A stretch of DNA of 64,000 nt from an uncultured Actinomycetota bacterium (GCA_963763015.1 CAVXML010000006.1:302050-366049); one strand, 5' to 3'; numbered from the stretch's first letter, positions 31,587 through 43,816 are shown. Translations and numbers: made by a program. Notes: a model not told the origin generated them from the sequence alone.

Positions 31587-33392
31587 ATGACGGCAGGAAC
31601 ACCGGCCGGCCAGGGCGCCGGGACTCGGGCAGAACGGGGGCGCCATCGCCAGCGCCGAGCACGCGACCCCAGGAAGCCCCTGGTGCTCGTCGGGGTGCTC
31701 GCGCTGGTGCTGGCCGTGACCACGGCAGCCGGCCTCGTGGCCACCCAGGGGCGTGGGCTCGCATCCGCGGGGGAGTGCTCCGGGGATGCCGCCCTGAGGA
31801 TCAGTGCAGCGCCACCGCTGGCGGCCGTCCTTGACGACTACGCCGACGACTTCGACGACTGGGTGCAGGACCGGGACGGCCTGCCCTGCACGACGACGAA
31901 GGTCACCAGCGCCACGCCCCAGGAGTTCGCCGCGTCCGTGTCCAGTGGACTCGACGGCGACACGACGGGCGCGCCGACGACGTGGATGCCCGACTCGGCT
32001 CTCTGGCGGTCGGTGCTCGCCCGCGACCCCAGGATGGCGCAGGTCCTGCCCCGCAACTACCCGGTCGTCGCTTCGACGCCCGTCGTCTTCGCCGCTCCCC
32101 GGCCGATGGCCGAGGCCCTCGGCTGGCCCGAGCGGCAGCCGTCGTGGCAGCAGCTCAGTTCGCTCGCCGCGGATCCCGCCGGGTGGGCGAAGCTCAAGCA
32201 CCCCGAGTGGGGCCAGATGCGCCTGCAGTGGCCCAGCCCGCTCACGACAACCGCCGGACTGGGCTCCACCGTCGCCGTCTACCGCGACCTGGCCATCGGC
32301 GTCGAGGCCACCGACGACCTGAGGCGGCGCCTCGTGGTTGCGCACAACTCGGTCAGTGACTCCACGGGCGACCTGTCCGGTGCCCTCGGCGCCCTCCGGA
32401 CCGCCGATCCCGCGGCGCCGGCGTCGCTGCGCGACCTCCCGGTCGTCCCGGCGACGGAGCAGGAGGTCGTGGCCTTCAACGGGGCCAAGCCGAAGGTCGA
32501 GGTCGCCGCGCTCTACCCGACCGACGGGTGGTCGGTCAGCGAGGTGCCGGTCCTCGGGCTGCAGGCCGACTGGGTGACCCCGGCCCAGCGACGCGCCTCC
32601 GAGGCCTTCGCGGACTTCGTCGTCGGCGGCCCCGCCCGGGCCGCGATGCGCGACGCCGGGTGGCGGGCGGCGCGACTGGACACCGCCGTCGCGGGGGCCG
32701 CGGGAGTCGTGGCCACCCAGCCCCGCTACACCCCCGCGCAGCCGAGCCAGGACGTCCTGGCGCGGACCCTCCAGAACTGGACGGCCCTGGACCGCCGCGG
32801 GTCGCTCCTCGTCGTCCTGGACACCTCGGGGTCGATGAAGGAGCAGGTCGGCACGACCGGCCAGACCCGCCTGGACGTCGCCAAGGACGCGCTGCTCGCG
32901 TCCCTGCCGTTCTTCGCCGACGAGGCCTCGGTCGGTCTCTGGACCTTCTCGCGTGCCGAGAGCGGGAAGGACTGGGTCGAGGTGGTCCCCCTCGGCCGAC
33001 TGGACCGGTCCTTGGGCGGCGGCACCGCCCGCGACACCATCGCCGCCGCGGTCCCCAAGATCACGGCCGCGAACGACACGGCGCTCTACGAGACGACGCT
33101 CGCCGCCGTCGGTGCGGTCCGCTCCGCGTGGCAGCCCGGGCCGAACACGGTCGTCGTGATCAGTGACGGCAAGAACGAGGACCCCGGCAGCCCGAGCCTC
33201 GAGACGACGCTGCAGCGCCTCGTCGACGGCGCGGACCCGGCGACCCCCGTCGAGGTGGTCACGATCGCGCTCGGGTCCTCGGCGGACGCCAAGGCCCTGC
33301 GCAACATCTCGGCCGTGACCAAGGGCAAGGCCTACACCGCCGCTCGTCCCGAGGACCTCGAGTCGGTGTTCCTCACCGCCCTCACGGAGTGA
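31587..33392 (+). CDS. Membrane-anchored solute-binding-like domain fused to a vWA domain
   Basis: N-terminal TM helix; PBP-like segment ([17 protein letters not shown]); MIDAS DTSGSM...T...SDG. Confidence 0.78.
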   Translation: MTAGTPAGQGAGTRAERGRHRQRRARDPRKPLVLVGVLALVLAVTTAAGLVATQGRGLASAGECSGDAALRISAAPPLAAVLDDYADDFDDWVQDRDGLPCTTTKVTSATPQEFAASVSSGLDGDTTGAPTTWMPDSALWRSVLARDPRMAQVLPRNYPVVASTPVVFAAPRPMAEALGWPERQPSWQQLSSLAADPAGWAKLKHPEWGQMRLQWPSPLTTTAGLGSTVAVYRDLAIGVEATDDLRRRLVVAHNSVSDSTGDLSGALGALRTADPAAPASLRDLPVVPATEQEVVAFNGAKPKVEVAALYPTDGWSVSEVPVLGLQADWVTPAQRRASEAFADFVVGGPARAAMRDAGWRAARLDTAVAGAAGVVATQPRYTPAQPSQDVLARTLQNWTALDRRGSLLVVLDTSGSMKEQVGTTGQTRLDVAKDALLASLPFFADEASVGLWTFSRAESGKDWVEVVPLGRLDRSLGGGTARDTIAAAVPKITAANDTALYETTLAAVGAVRSAWQPGPNTVVVISDGKNEDPGSPSLETTLQRLVDGADPATPVEVVTIALGSSADAKALRNISAVTKGKAYTAARPEDLESVFLTALTE

Positions 33393-33450
33393 ACGGGCAC
33401 GTCCGACGTCGTTGAGGGTCCTCCCAGCGAGCCCACGTAGTCTTGGGGAC

Positions 33451-34611
<1,161 letters not shown>

Positions 34612-34639
34612 GCGACTGCCTTTCGGGGTCCTGACCAGG

Positions 34640-35341
34640 ATGCCGCCCGGCCGCCTCGACGCGTTCGTCCCGCCTCCGCCGTCGTCCGGCAGGGCGCCCG
34701 TGCTCGGGGTGCTGGCGGCGAACGTCGTGGCACTCTGCCCGGGAGGCCGAGCGGTCGTCGCCATCGACGGGGTCGACGGCGCCGGGAAGACCGTGCTGGG
34801 GCGTGAGCTGCTGGATCTCGTCGGACGGCACCGCGAGGCCCATCGGGTGTCGGTCGACGGGTTCCACCGCCCGCCGGCCGAGCGCTATGCCCACGGCCGC
34901 ACGCCCGAGACCTTCTACCGCGACCAGTACGACCACGACGCCATCCGCAGGCGCCTCGTCGGGTCGTTCCGGGCGGGGACGCCGTGGACCCGCGCGATCC
35001 ACGACCTCGAGCGCGAGGAGACTGTCGGGGCGGCCCCCGAGCCGGCCGCGGGGCCGGATGCCGTGCTGCTGGTCGACGGCATCTTCCTGCACCGTCCGGA
35101 GCTGGCCGACCTCTGGGACGCCAGCATCTTCGTCGACGTGCCGTTCGAGGTGTCCGTTCCGCGCGGGAACGCCCGCTTCGGTGAGGTGGGTGGGCTGGAG
35201 GCCGACCCGGCATCCGCGGCCAACGCCCGCCCTGTCGGGGGCCAGCGGCTCTACCTCGACGAGGTCGGCCCCGCGTCGCGCGCCACGTGGGTTCTCGACA
35301 ACACCGACCTGGCGGCGCCGGTGCTCAGGGGCGGCAGCTGA
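34640..35341 (+). CDS. Uridine kinase-like P-loop NTPase
   Basis: VAIDGVDGAGKT, VSVDGFH, LVDGIFL, GQRLYL. Confidence 0.75.
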   Translation: MPPGRLDAFVPPPPSSGRAPVLGVLAANVVALCPGGRAVVAIDGVDGAGKTVLGRELLDLVGRHREAHRVSVDGFHRPPAERYAHGRTPETFYRDQYDHDAIRRRLVGSFRAGTPWTRAIHDLEREETVGAAPEPAAGPDAVLLVDGIFLHRPELADLWDASIFVDVPFEVSVPRGNARFGEVGGLEADPASAANARPVGGQRLYLDEVGPASRATWVLDNTDLAAPVLRGGS

Positions 35342-35517
35342 GCGGGTCCGGGTGGCGTCGTCGGGCCGACAGCGTCCGGTTGAGCGCCACGCCGGGCGAG
35401 GACGGGCATGCCGGTGACCAGCCCGGGGGCACGGCTGACGCGATGCCAGGTCGACTCCTCGGCACGGCCGTCCGAGGGCAGGGGCCGCCCAGGTCGTTCG
35501 CGCCCTACGCTTGACCC

Positions 35518-36363
35518 GTGCTCCGCACGCGCTCCCCGGTCCGTCCGTTGTCGTTCGCCGAGCGCGACGACGCCCTCGCCGTGTGCGCCCGCGACCTCCC
35601 CAGCGGCGTCTTCGTCGCCGCCCGCATCCTCGAGGGATCGCGCGCCGGGTCGCTGTCGAGCGTCCTGACGCACCGCACCGACGGCGAGCTGGACTCGCTG
35701 TGCTGGGCCAGCGCGAACGTCGTGCCGGTCGCGACGACGCGTGAGAGCCGGTCGGCGTTCGCGGACCGGGTGCGTCGGTGGCGCGGCCGGTGCGCGTCCC
35801 TGTTCGGCCCTCGGGAGGAGGTCCAGGAGCTCTGGCACCAGTTGGAGCCCCACTGGGGGCCGCCACGGGCGGTCAGGGACCACCAACCCCTGCTCGTCGC
35901 GGACAGCCTCCCCTCGACCCACGGGGTGCCGCTCGACCCGCGGGTCCGACCCGCCCGACCGGACGAGGTGGACCTCGTGCTGCCCGCGGCGGAGCACATG
36001 TTCACGGCCGAGATCGGCTACCCGCCCTACCGGGGCAGCGACCGTGGCTACCGGGCGTCCCTCGCCTCGCTCGCCGCCCGTGGGCACACCTACGTCGTCG
36101 TCGACCGCGACGAGGTCGTGTTCAAGACCGACATCGGCAGCCTTGCGCTCGGCTGCGCCCAGCTCCAGGGGGTGTGGGTCACTCCCCGCCTGCGGGGCCG
36201 AGGGCTGGCCATCCCCATGCTGGCCAGCGTGGTGGAGCAGGTCATGCTCGGCCCGGCGCCCCTCGTGACGCTCTACGTCAACGACTTCAACGCCGCCGCC
36301 AGGGCCACCTACGACGCGATCGGGTTCCGCGAGGTGGGGGACTTCTCGACCGTGCTGCTGTGA
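35518..36363 (+). CDS. GNAT acetyltransferase (conserved actinobacterial ispG neighbour)
   Basis: QLQGVWVTPRLRGRGLA, LYVNDFNAAARATYDAIGF; TACGCT box 6 nt before the GTG. Confidence 0.85.
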   Translation: MLRTRSPVRPLSFAERDDALAVCARDLPSGVFVAARILEGSRAGSLSSVLTHRTDGELDSLCWASANVVPVATTRESRSAFADRVRRWRGRCASLFGPREEVQELWHQLEPHWGPPRAVRDHQPLLVADSLPSTHGVPLDPRVRPARPDEVDLVLPAAEHMFTAEIGYPPYRGSDRGYRASLASLAARGHTYVVVDRDEVVFKTDIGSLALGCAQLQGVWVTPRLRGRGLAIPMLASVVEQVMLGPAPLVTLYVNDFNAAARATYDAIGFREVGDFSTVLL

Positions 36364-36463
36364 CGGATCGGGGGAATGGTTGGATGAGGCATGGCCCTCG
36401 GCACCTCTCGGCCCCCCACGCTCGTGCTCGCGGTGTCGCGCGCGGCGGGCAGCTGACTGCGCC

Positions 36464-37330
36464 GTGTCGACCCTCGCCTGGCGGCCGCTGACCCACGACG
36501 ACCTGCCGGCACTCCAGTCGCTCGCCGGCCGGTGCCTCTCGGCGGACGGCGGGCTCCCGCTCCTCGCCGAGAAGGCGATGCTGCGGCGCTTCTTCCTGTC
36601 CGGCGCGGCGATCGGGGGTCGGGACGAGACGGGTGACCTGGTGGCGGTCGCCTCCGTCTTCGTCGACGACACCGGGCACCGGACGGCCAGCGGGCTGATC
36701 CATCCGTCGTCGCGCTGGCAGGGCATCGGCGAGGAGCTCGTCAGGTGGTGCCGTGAGCACTCCGGCGGATCCCTGCTGCGGGTCGTGGCGGAGACGACCT
36801 CCGCCGACTCGGACCGCTTCTTCGCCCAGATCGGTCTCCGGCGCACCTTCGCCGAGCACGTCATGCGGCACTCCCTCGCCGACATCCCGCGGATCAGGCG
36901 CCCCGAGGGCCTGCGCTCCAGGGCCTGGACGGCGGAGACGAGCGCGTTGTTCCACACCGCGTACCGGCTGTCCTTCGCAGAGCGCCCGGGCTTCCCGGAC
37001 ACCCCGCTGGAGGTCTGGGTCGGTGGCCTCGAGGAGGAACCGGGGTTCCGGCCCGAGGTGTCCCGCGTCGTCGTCGACGAGCTCGGGGAGCCCGCCGGCT
37101 TCGTCACCCTGAGCGACGACTGGATCGACCAGGTCGGTGTCGTGCCCGCCTGGCGGGGGCGTGGCCTCGGTGCACACCTCGTCGTCCGCTCGCTGCGCGC
37201 GCTCCGCAAGGCCGGGTGCGAGCAGGCCTGGCTCGCCGTCAACGTCGACAACCCGGCGCACGAGCTCTACCTCCGGCTCGGCTTCCACGACTTCGGCATC
37301 CGGGCTCGGTACGAGGAGACCGAGCGCTGA
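36464..37330 (+). CDS. Tandem-domain GNAT acetyltransferase (MshD-like architecture)
   Basis: IHPSSRWQGIG and QVGVVPAWRGRGLG acetyl-CoA motifs; LYLRLGF. Start estimated. Confidence 0.8.
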   Translation: MSTLAWRPLTHDDLPALQSLAGRCLSADGGLPLLAEKAMLRRFFLSGAAIGGRDETGDLVAVASVFVDDTGHRTASGLIHPSSRWQGIGEELVRWCREHSGGSLLRVVAETTSADSDRFFAQIGLRRTFAEHVMRHSLADIPRIRRPEGLRSRAWTAETSALFHTAYRLSFAERPGFPDTPLEVWVGGLEEEPGFRPEVSRVVVDELGEPAGFVTLSDDWIDQVGVVPAWRGRGLGAHLVVRSLRALRKAGCEQAWLAVNVDNPAHELYLRLGFHDFGIRARYEETER

Positions 37331-37416
37331 CTGCAGGGACGCCGGAACGCGAGTGAGCGGCATCCGCACACGTCGTTATCCTTGGCGGGCCCGCCCCACC
37401 ATCCCAGGAGCCTCCC

Positions 37417-39186
37417 GTGGCCATGCGCATGTCGTCCCTGTTCCTGCGGACCCTTCGCGAGAACCCCGCGGACGCCGAGGTGCCCAGCCACCAGCTGCTC
37501 GTGCGGGCGGGCTACATCCGGCGGGTGAGCCCCGGCATCTACACCTGGCTGCCGCTGGGCCTGAGGGTGCTGCGCAGGGTCGAGACGATCGTGCGCGAGG
37601 AGATGGACGCGATCGGCGCCCAGGAGCTGCTCTTCCCGGCCCTGCTTCCCCGAGAGCCCTACGAGGCGTCAGGCCGCTGGGAGGAGTACGGCGACAACGT
37701 CTTCCGGCTCACCGACCGGAAGGGGAACGACCACCTCCTCGGCCCGACCCACGAGGAGATGTTCACGCTCGCGGTCAAGGACCTCTACAGCTCCTACAAG
37801 GACCTTCCCCTCTCGATCTACCAGATCCAGAACAAGTACCGCGACGAGGCCCGGCCCCGCGCGGGGGTGCTGCGCGGCCGGGAGTTCGTCATGAAGGACT
37901 CCTACTCCTTCGACCTCGACGAGGCAGGGCTCGACAAGAGCTACGAGCTGCACCGGCAGGCCTACGTGCGGATCTTCGACCGGCTCGGCTTCCACTACGT
38001 GATCGTGCAGGCGATGGCCGGGGCGATGGGCGGCTCGAAGTCCGAGGAGTTCCTCGCCACCGCCGAGAACGGCGAGGACACCTACGTGCGCTGCACCAAC
38101 TGCGGGTTCGCCGCCAACGTCGAGGCCGTGCGGGTGCCCGTACCGGATGCCGTCGACGCCGCCGGCCTGCCCGCCGCGCACGTCGAGGACACGCCCGACA
38201 CCCCGACCATCGACACCCTCGTGGCGCACCTGGAGTCGGCGTTCCCGCGGTCGGACGGCCGTGCCTGGGCCGCCTCGGACACCCTCAAGAACGTGCTCGT
38301 CGTGCTCGTGCACCCCGACGGCACCCGCGAGCCTCTCGCCATCGGCCTGCCGGGAGACCGGGAGGTCGACGAGAAGCGGCTCGGGGCACAGGTCGAACCG
38401 GCGGCGGTCGAGGTGTTCGACGACAAGGACTTCGCCGCCCACCCCGAGCTGGCCAAGGGCTACATCGGGCCGGGCGTGCTCGGCACCGAGCGGGCGTCGG
38501 GCATCCGCTACCTGCTCGACCCGCGGGTCAGCGAGGGCACGGCGTGGGTCACCGGGGCCGACGAGCCCGGCCGTCACGTCCTCGACCTCGTGGCGGGGCG
38601 CGACTTCACCGCCGACGGCACGATCGAGGCCGCCGAGGTCCGCGAGGGCGACGCCTGCCCGTCGTGCGGCCACGGGCTGGAGTCCGCCCGCGGCATCGAG
38701 ATGGGGCACATCTTCCAGCTCGGCACGAAGTACGCCGAGGCGCTCGACCTCAAGGTCCTCGACGAGAACGGCACTCTGCGCACGGTGATCATGGGCTCGT
38801 ACGGGGTCGGCGTCTCGCGCGCCGTCGCCTGCGTCGCAGAGGGCAACCACGACGACCTCGGGCTGATCTGGCCGCGGGCCGTGGCACCGGCCGACGTGCA
38901 CGTCGTCGCCACGGGCAAGGACGAGGCGGTCGCCACGTTCGCCGAGGAGCTCACCCGAGCGCTCGAGGCGCACGGGGTCGACGTGCTGCTCGACGACCGT
39001 CGTCAGGCCAGCCCCGGCGTGAAGTTCAAGGACGCCGAGCTCATCGGCGTCCCGACCATCGTCGTCGTCGGGCGCGGCCTGGCCGACGGGACGATCGAGC
39101 TCAAGGACCGCCGGAGCGGCGAGCGTCGCGACGTGCCGGTCGGCTCGGCGGTGGCGGAGGTCCTCGCCGAGATCGGGCGCTCGTGA
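37417..39186 (+). CDS. proS: Proline--tRNA ligase (with editing insertion)
   Basis: [61 protein letters not shown]. Confidence 0.97.
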   Translation: MAMRMSSLFLRTLRENPADAEVPSHQLLVRAGYIRRVSPGIYTWLPLGLRVLRRVETIVREEMDAIGAQELLFPALLPREPYEASGRWEEYGDNVFRLTDRKGNDHLLGPTHEEMFTLAVKDLYSSYKDLPLSIYQIQNKYRDEARPRAGVLRGREFVMKDSYSFDLDEAGLDKSYELHRQAYVRIFDRLGFHYVIVQAMAGAMGGSKSEEFLATAENGEDTYVRCTNCGFAANVEAVRVPVPDAVDAAGLPAAHVEDTPDTPTIDTLVAHLESAFPRSDGRAWAASDTLKNVLVVLVHPDGTREPLAIGLPGDREVDEKRLGAQVEPAAVEVFDDKDFAAHPELAKGYIGPGVLGTERASGIRYLLDPRVSEGTAWVTGADEPGRHVLDLVAGRDFTADGTIEAAEVREGDACPSCGHGLESARGIEMGHIFQLGTKYAEALDLKVLDENGTLRTVIMGSYGVGVSRAVACVAEGNHDDLGLIWPRAVAPADVHVVATGKDEAVATFAEELTRALEAHGVDVLLDDRRQASPGVKFKDAELIGVPTIVVVGRGLADGTIELKDRRSGERRDVPVGSAVAEVLAEIGRS

Positions 39187-39941
39187 CCCAGCCCGTCGAG
39201 GCGGTCGTCTTCGACTGGGGCGGCACGCTGACGCCCTGGCACCAGGTCGACATGCCGGAGCAGTGGCGCGTGTTCGCCAGGGAGGTGCACGGCATCCCGG
39301 TGGACTCCCCGGACGTCACTGAGGCCGACCTCGACGAGGCACACCGGCTGGCCGACCGGATCCTCGCCGCCGAGGACGCCGCGTGGCGCCGTGGTCGCGA
39401 GGAGCACTCCTCGGCCGCGCTCACCGACATCCTCGAGGCGGCGGGCGTCGACGCGGCGCACGACCGGCACCACCTCGCGCTCGCCGCCTACCGCGGGTTC
39501 TGGGAGCCGCACACGCACACCGACCCCCAGGTGCGGCCCTTGTGGGAGGGGCTGCGCGAGCGCGGCATCCGGGTCGGCGTGCTCTCGAACACCATCTGGA
39601 GCCGCGAGTACCACCGAGGCATCTTCGAGCGCGACGGGGTCCTCCACCTCCTCGACGCCGACCTGTACTCCAGCGAGCTCGACCACGTGAAGCCGCACCC
39701 GGAGGCGTTCCGGGCGATCTGCCGTGAGCTCGGCGTCGAGCCCCGGCGAGCCGTGTACGTCGGGGACCGGGTGTTCGAGGACGTCCACGGCCCGCAGCAG
39801 ATCGGCATGCGCGCCATCTGGATCCCGCACTCCGACATCCCCCACGGGCAGCGGGTCGAGGTCACCGCCATGCCCGACGCGCACGCGCACGAGCTGCTCG
39901 ACATCCTTCACATCGTCGACGGCTGGTCGGCCGGCCGGTGA
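39183..39941 (+). CDS. HAD-family hydrolase
   Basis: FDWGGTL, VLSNT, KPHP, YVGD...DV; 4-nt overlap with proS. Confidence 0.88.
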   Translation: MTQPVEAVVFDWGGTLTPWHQVDMPEQWRVFAREVHGIPVDSPDVTEADLDEAHRLADRILAAEDAAWRRGREEHSSAALTDILEAAGVDAAHDRHHLALAAYRGFWEPHTHTDPQVRPLWEGLRERGIRVGVLSNTIWSREYHRGIFERDGVLHLLDADLYSSELDHVKPHPEAFRAICRELGVEPRRAVYVGDRVFEDVHGPQQIGMRAIWIPHSDIPHGQRVEVTAMPDAHAHELLDILHIVDGWSAGR

Positions 39942-40717
39942 CGGACCCGGGCCTCGAGGTCGTCGCACTGCTCGGCCTCGCCGGCTTCGTCGCGGGGTGG
40001 GTGGATGCCGTCGTGGGCGGCGGGGGACTGGTCCAGCTCCCCGCCCTGCTGCTGGGGCTTCCCGGCGCCACCCCGGCGCAGGTGCTCGCGACCAACAAGT
40101 TCGGCTCGGTCTGGGGTACCGGCACGGCGGCCGTCACCTACTGGCGCAGGGTGCGGCCGGACCTGCGGACGGCGCTGCCGATGGCGGCGGTCGCCTACGT
40201 GGGCGCCGTCGTCGGGGCCCTCATCGGGCTGCACATCCCGAAGGCCGCGTTCAACCCGGTCATCTTCGTCATGCTCGTCGTCGTCGGTGCCTACACCCTG
40301 CTCCGGCCCTCGCTGGGGGAGTCGACGCAGCTGCGCTGGTCGGGTCAGCGGCACACCGTCGCGGCCATGCTGACCGGGTTCGTCATCGGCGTGTACGACG
40401 GTGCGCTCGGGCCCGGAACGGGTTCCTTCTTCGTCTTCGCCCTGGTCGGCCTCATGGGCTACGCCTTCCTCGAGGCGAGCGCCAAGGCGAAGATCGCCAA
40501 CCTCGCGACGAACCTCGGCGCGTTGACGGTCTTCGCGCCCGGCGGCCACATCGTCTGGTCGGTGGGCATCACGATGGCCGCCGCGAACCTCCTGGGCGGG
40601 TACGTCGGCGCCCGGACCGCCGTCGTCCGAGGCAACCGCTTCATCCGGGTCGTCTTCGTCGTCGTCGTCGGTGGCTTCACCGTCCGGATCGGTGGCGACC
40701 TCCTCGGCTGGTGGTGA
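39938..40717 (+). CDS. TauE/SafE (TSUP) family membrane transporter
   Basis: DAVVGGGG, ATNKF, YDGALGPGTGSF, AKIANLATN. Confidence 0.88.
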   Translation: MTDPGLEVVALLGLAGFVAGWVDAVVGGGGLVQLPALLLGLPGATPAQVLATNKFGSVWGTGTAAVTYWRRVRPDLRTALPMAAVAYVGAVVGALIGLHIPKAAFNPVIFVMLVVVGAYTLLRPSLGESTQLRWSGQRHTVAAMLTGFVIGVYDGALGPGTGSFFVFALVGLMGYAFLEASAKAKIANLATNLGALTVFAPGGHIVWSVGITMAAANLLGGYVGARTAVVRGNRFIRVVFVVVVGGFTVRIGGDLLGWW

Positions 40718-40785
40718 GGCTGGTTGGGGGTGAGGCTGGCTTGGTCGTGGGGCGGTGTGGTGAGCGGGCCCGGATACCGGCCACC

Positions 40786-40842
40786 CGGCATCCGGTGCGT
40801 GTGAGTTTCCGGCGCCAGGGCACCGGAGATCACACGCACCCG
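40786..40842. repeat. 57-bp palindromic repeat, copy A (overlaps the nuclease stop codon)
   Basis: CGGCATCCGGTGCGTGTGAGTTTCCGGCGCCAGGGCACCGGAGATCACACGCACCCG; internal arms GGTGCGTGTGA / TCACACGCACC; 55/57 identical to copy B. Confidence 0.92.
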
Positions 40843-41762
40843 CGGTCGACCGAGACGCCGCGGCGAACCTGGGCCATCACATCGGCCTCCCGCAGCCGCA
40901 GGCCGACGAGGTCGATGCGGAGGACCCGCTCGTCGCCGAGGGTCAGCTCGTTCTGGCGCAGGTTGTCGTCGGTCAGGGCGAGGCCCGCGCGGTGTCCGGA
41001 CCCGTCGACCTCGACGACCAGGTGCGACCCGGCCCACCGGACGTCGAGGTAGACGCGGCCGGTGGGCGTCGTGCGCACGACCTGCCGCTCGGGCTCCGGG
41101 ATGCCGTGCCGGCGGCACAGCGCAGCGAAGTCGAGCTCGCCGAGTGAGTGGGCCCCGTCGGCGACGTCCAGCGCCACCTGGCGGACGAAGGCACGGCGGG
41201 TCCGGCCGTGGACGAGGCCGACCGCGTCGAGCAGCCGGGATCCGGTCGTGAGGCGCTGCTGCACGACGAGACAGAGCACCAGGGCGGCCTGCCGGTCGCT
41301 GGCTGCCCAGTGCGCGGCGCGGACCGCGGCCAGCTCGACACGCGTGCGTGGCACGCCGGCTCCGGTGCACTCGTCGTGAAGACGGCGGACCCGGTGAACC
41401 CGCACCCCCTCGGCACCAGGGCACCGGGCGTTGCGCGGCACCGATACGTGCACGAGCGGGTCGGTGTACCCGGTCAGGCCTGCGGCGTGCAGGGCTGACA
41501 CGCCGTCGAGCCGAGCCACCCGCTCGGCGACCTCCCAGACGGCGCGCCACCGAAGAGCCCGCTCGGAGAGGACCCCGGTGTGCAGGGCCACGGTGTGCCG
41601 GCCGTGGCGCCGCCAGCGCAGACCGGCGACCTCACGGGCGATCGCGCCATGGTCGTAGCCCAGCTTCCCGAGCCGTCGCATCGTGAGGACCCCGTCGAAC
41701 TCCTCAGCAGCACGGGTGGCGACAGCGCGCAGGTCCGCGCGGCGTGGTCGGTCGTGCGGCAT
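40830..41762 (-). CDS. AbiEi-type wHTH plus DUF559/Vsr-like PD-(D/E)XK nuclease protein
   Basis: N-terminal EFDGVLTMRRLGKLG; C-terminal SLGELDF...GIPEPERQ...YLDVRW...VVEVDGSGH. Confidence 0.72.
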   Translation of the reverse strand: MPHDRPRRADLRAVATRAAEEFDGVLTMRRLGKLGYDHGAIAREVAGLRWRRHGRHTVALHTGVLSERALRWRAVWEVAERVARLDGVSALHAAGLTGYTDPLVHVSVPRNARCPGAEGVRVHRVRRLHDECTGAGVPRTRVELAAVRAAHWAASDRQAALVLCLVVQQRLTTGSRLLDAVGLVHGRTRRAFVRQVALDVADGAHSLGELDFAALCRRHGIPEPERQVVRTTPTGRVYLDVRWAGSHLVVEVDGSGHRAGLALTDDNLRQNELTLGDERVLRIDLVGLRLREADVMAQVRRGVSVDRGCV

Positions 41763-41823
41763 CGGTCCAGCATCGCCACCCGACCAGGGCGGCCGCGGGG
41801 TTCTCCACAGGCCGGTGCCGACG

Positions 41824-41880
41824 CGGCATCCGATGCGTGTGAATTTCCGGCGCCAGGGCACCGGAGATCACACGCACCCG
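41824..41880. repeat. 57-bp palindromic repeat, copy B (upstream of the nuclease gene)
   Basis: CGGCATCCGATGCGTGTGAATTTCCGGCGCCAGGGCACCGGAGATCACACGCACCCG; same orientation as copy A. Confidence 0.92.
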
Positions 41881-41896
41881 GTCGGGACGCCCTCGC

Positions 41897-43816
41897 TCAG
41901 GGGCGGTCGCTCGTGAGCCAGAGCACCGCGTACGGCGGGAGCCACACGTTCCCGTCGTCGCCCCACGGCAGGGCGATTCCGGTGATCTCGTCGACGGCGT
42001 CGGCCACCCCGAGCTCGCGCACGCGCCCGCCCGGCCACGACCGCCACTGCGGGCTCACGTTGTAGACGCCCACGAACCGCCCCACGGGGTGCTCTCGCAC
42101 CGTCACCAGGACTCCGGGGTCGTCCACCGGCCCGATCCGGCTCTCGACCGACCCGTGCAGGTGGGGGAGGCGGGTCCGTGCACGCACGAGCTCGACGAGG
42201 TCGGTGAAGACCCGGCCGGGCACCGTCGCACGGTCGTTCCGTTGCTCGGCGCGCACCCAGTCAAGCCGCGGCCGGTGGGTCCAGCGGTTGTCGTCCTCGT
42301 GCCCGGGCTCGGACGCCCAGCCCGGGTCGTTGGGCTGGCCGAGCTCGTCACCGCTCCAGATGACGGGGATGCCGCCCCACCCGATCACGACCGCGTGGGC
42401 CAGCCGCAGCGCGGATGCCGCCCGCTCCACCTCGGCCGGACTGCTCGCCGACTCCAGCCCGACCAGCGATGCCGCGGTCCCGCTCGTGCGCCGGTCCTCG
42501 GTCTCGGGGTTGTGCTGGAACACCAGCCCGCGTGCCGGGGACCCTGGGAACCTCCCGGCGTACCAGTCGGCGAGGAAGCTCCGGTGCGCGTGACCGCCGA
42601 GGCCCACGGCGGCGGCATCCTCGTCCATGATCGCCCAGCCGATGTCGTCGTGGCAGCGCAGGTAGGTCAGCCAGGTCGCCGACGGGGGCTTCGGGGGCAG
42701 CGAGTTGAGGGCGTGCTCCGCGAGCCGCACGTCGCGCGAGGCGAGCATCGACCACACGTGGACCATGACGCTGTTGTGGTAGGCGAGGTCGCTGACCTTG
42801 CCCGAGTACGAGCCGCTGCCGAGGTAGTCGAGCAGCTTGGTGGGCGCCACGATGGCCTCGGCGAGGAAGGCCACCGCCGGGCACGCGATGCGGGTCACCG
42901 CCCGGAGCACCTGGGTGATGGCGTGCACCTCGGGCTGGCCCTGGCAGTCGGTGCCGAGCCGTTTCCACATGAAGGCGAGGGCGTCGAGGCGCAGCACGTC
43001 GACGCCCCGGTTGGCGAGGTCGAGGATGATCGACGCGTACTCCCTCAGCACCGCCGGGTTGGCCCAGTTGACGTCCCACTGGAACTCGTTGAACGTCGTC
43101 CACACCCAGCCCTGGAGCTCCTCCTCCCACGTGAAGTTCCCGGGGGCGAAGTCAGGGAAGACCTCGGGCAGCGTGCGCTCGAAGGCGTCGGGGCCGGTGC
43201 GGTCGGGGAACACGTGGAAGTACTCGCGGTAAGCCGGGTCGCCGGCTCGCGCGCGCTGGGCCCACTCGTGCTCGCGCGCGACGTGGTTGAGCACCAGGTC
43301 GAGGACGAGGCTCATCCCGGCGTCGTGGAGCCGTGCCGCGAGCGCTTCGAGGTCGTCCAGGGTGCCGAGGTCGGAACGCACCGCGCGGTAGTCGGCCACG
43401 GCGTAGCCACCGTCGTTGTCACCCTCGCGAGGGCGCAGCAGCGGCATGAGGTGGAGGTAGGTGACGCCGAGCTCGCGTAGGTACGGGAGGTGGCCGGCGA
43501 CCCCGCGCAGGGTCCCCGCGAACCGCTCCGTGTAGGCCGCATACCCCACCATCTCGGGGTCCTGGAGCCAGTCGGGGCGCAGCATCCGCTCCAGGTCGCG
43601 GACGTGGAGCCGGTCCGAGCGAGCGGCGTACGCGGCGCTGGCCAGGCCCACGAGGTCCGCGGCCAGCATCGGTGCCTGCTGGGCCCCGTACAGCGGGGTG
43701 AGCCCCGAGAGCAGGTCGGGCCACCAGCGCTCGACCCGCGCCCGGAGCATCACCTGCCGCTCCTCGCTCATGCCGGGTGGCACGGGGGCCGTGGGCGGGG
43801 GGACCGGGGCTCTCAC
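41897..43816 (-). CDS. GH13 amylosucrase-like glycoside hydrolase
   Basis: NDGGYAV, DLVLNH, LRLDALAF, AEAIV, RCHDDIG. Start GTG 43816 (GAGAAT box upstream) or ATG 43771. Confidence 0.88.
   Translation of the reverse strand: MRAPVPPPTAPVPPGMSEERQVMLRARVERWWPDLLSGLTPLYGAQQAPMLAADLVGLASAAYAARSDRLHVRDLERMLRPDWLQDPEMVGYAAYTERFAGTLRGVAGHLPYLRELGVTYLHLMPLLRPREGDNDGGYAVADYRAVRSDLGTLDDLEALAARLHDAGMSLVLDLVLNHVAREHEWAQRARAGDPAYREYFHVFPDRTGPDAFERTLPEVFPDFAPGNFTWEEELQGWVWTTFNEFQWDVNWANPAVLREYASIILDLANRGVDVLRLDALAFMWKRLGTDCQGQPEVHAITQVLRAVTRIACPAVAFLAEAIVAPTKLLDYLGSGSYSGKVSDLAYHNSVMVHVWSMLASRDVRLAEHALNSLPPKPPSATWLTYLRCHDDIGWAIMDEDAAAVGLGGHAHRSFLADWYAGRFPGSPARGLVFQHNPETEDRRTSGTAASLVGLESASSPAEVERAASALRLAHAVVIGWGGIPVIWSGDELGQPNDPGWASEPGHEDDNRWTHRPRLDWVRAEQRNDRATVPGRVFTDLVELVRARTRLPHLHGSVESRIGPVDDPGVLVTVREHPVGRFVGVYNVSPQWRSWPGGRVRELGVADAVDEITGIALPWGDDGNVWLPPYAVLWLTSDRP

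Noticed and set aside
40710-40770. G/T-rich stretch with GGTGAGGCTGG twice
   Set aside because: Short low-complexity duplication with no further structure I can support.
40786-41880. CRISPR interpretation of the 57-bp repeats
   Set aside because: Only two copies, about 1 kb apart with a gene between them; no spacer array or cas genes.
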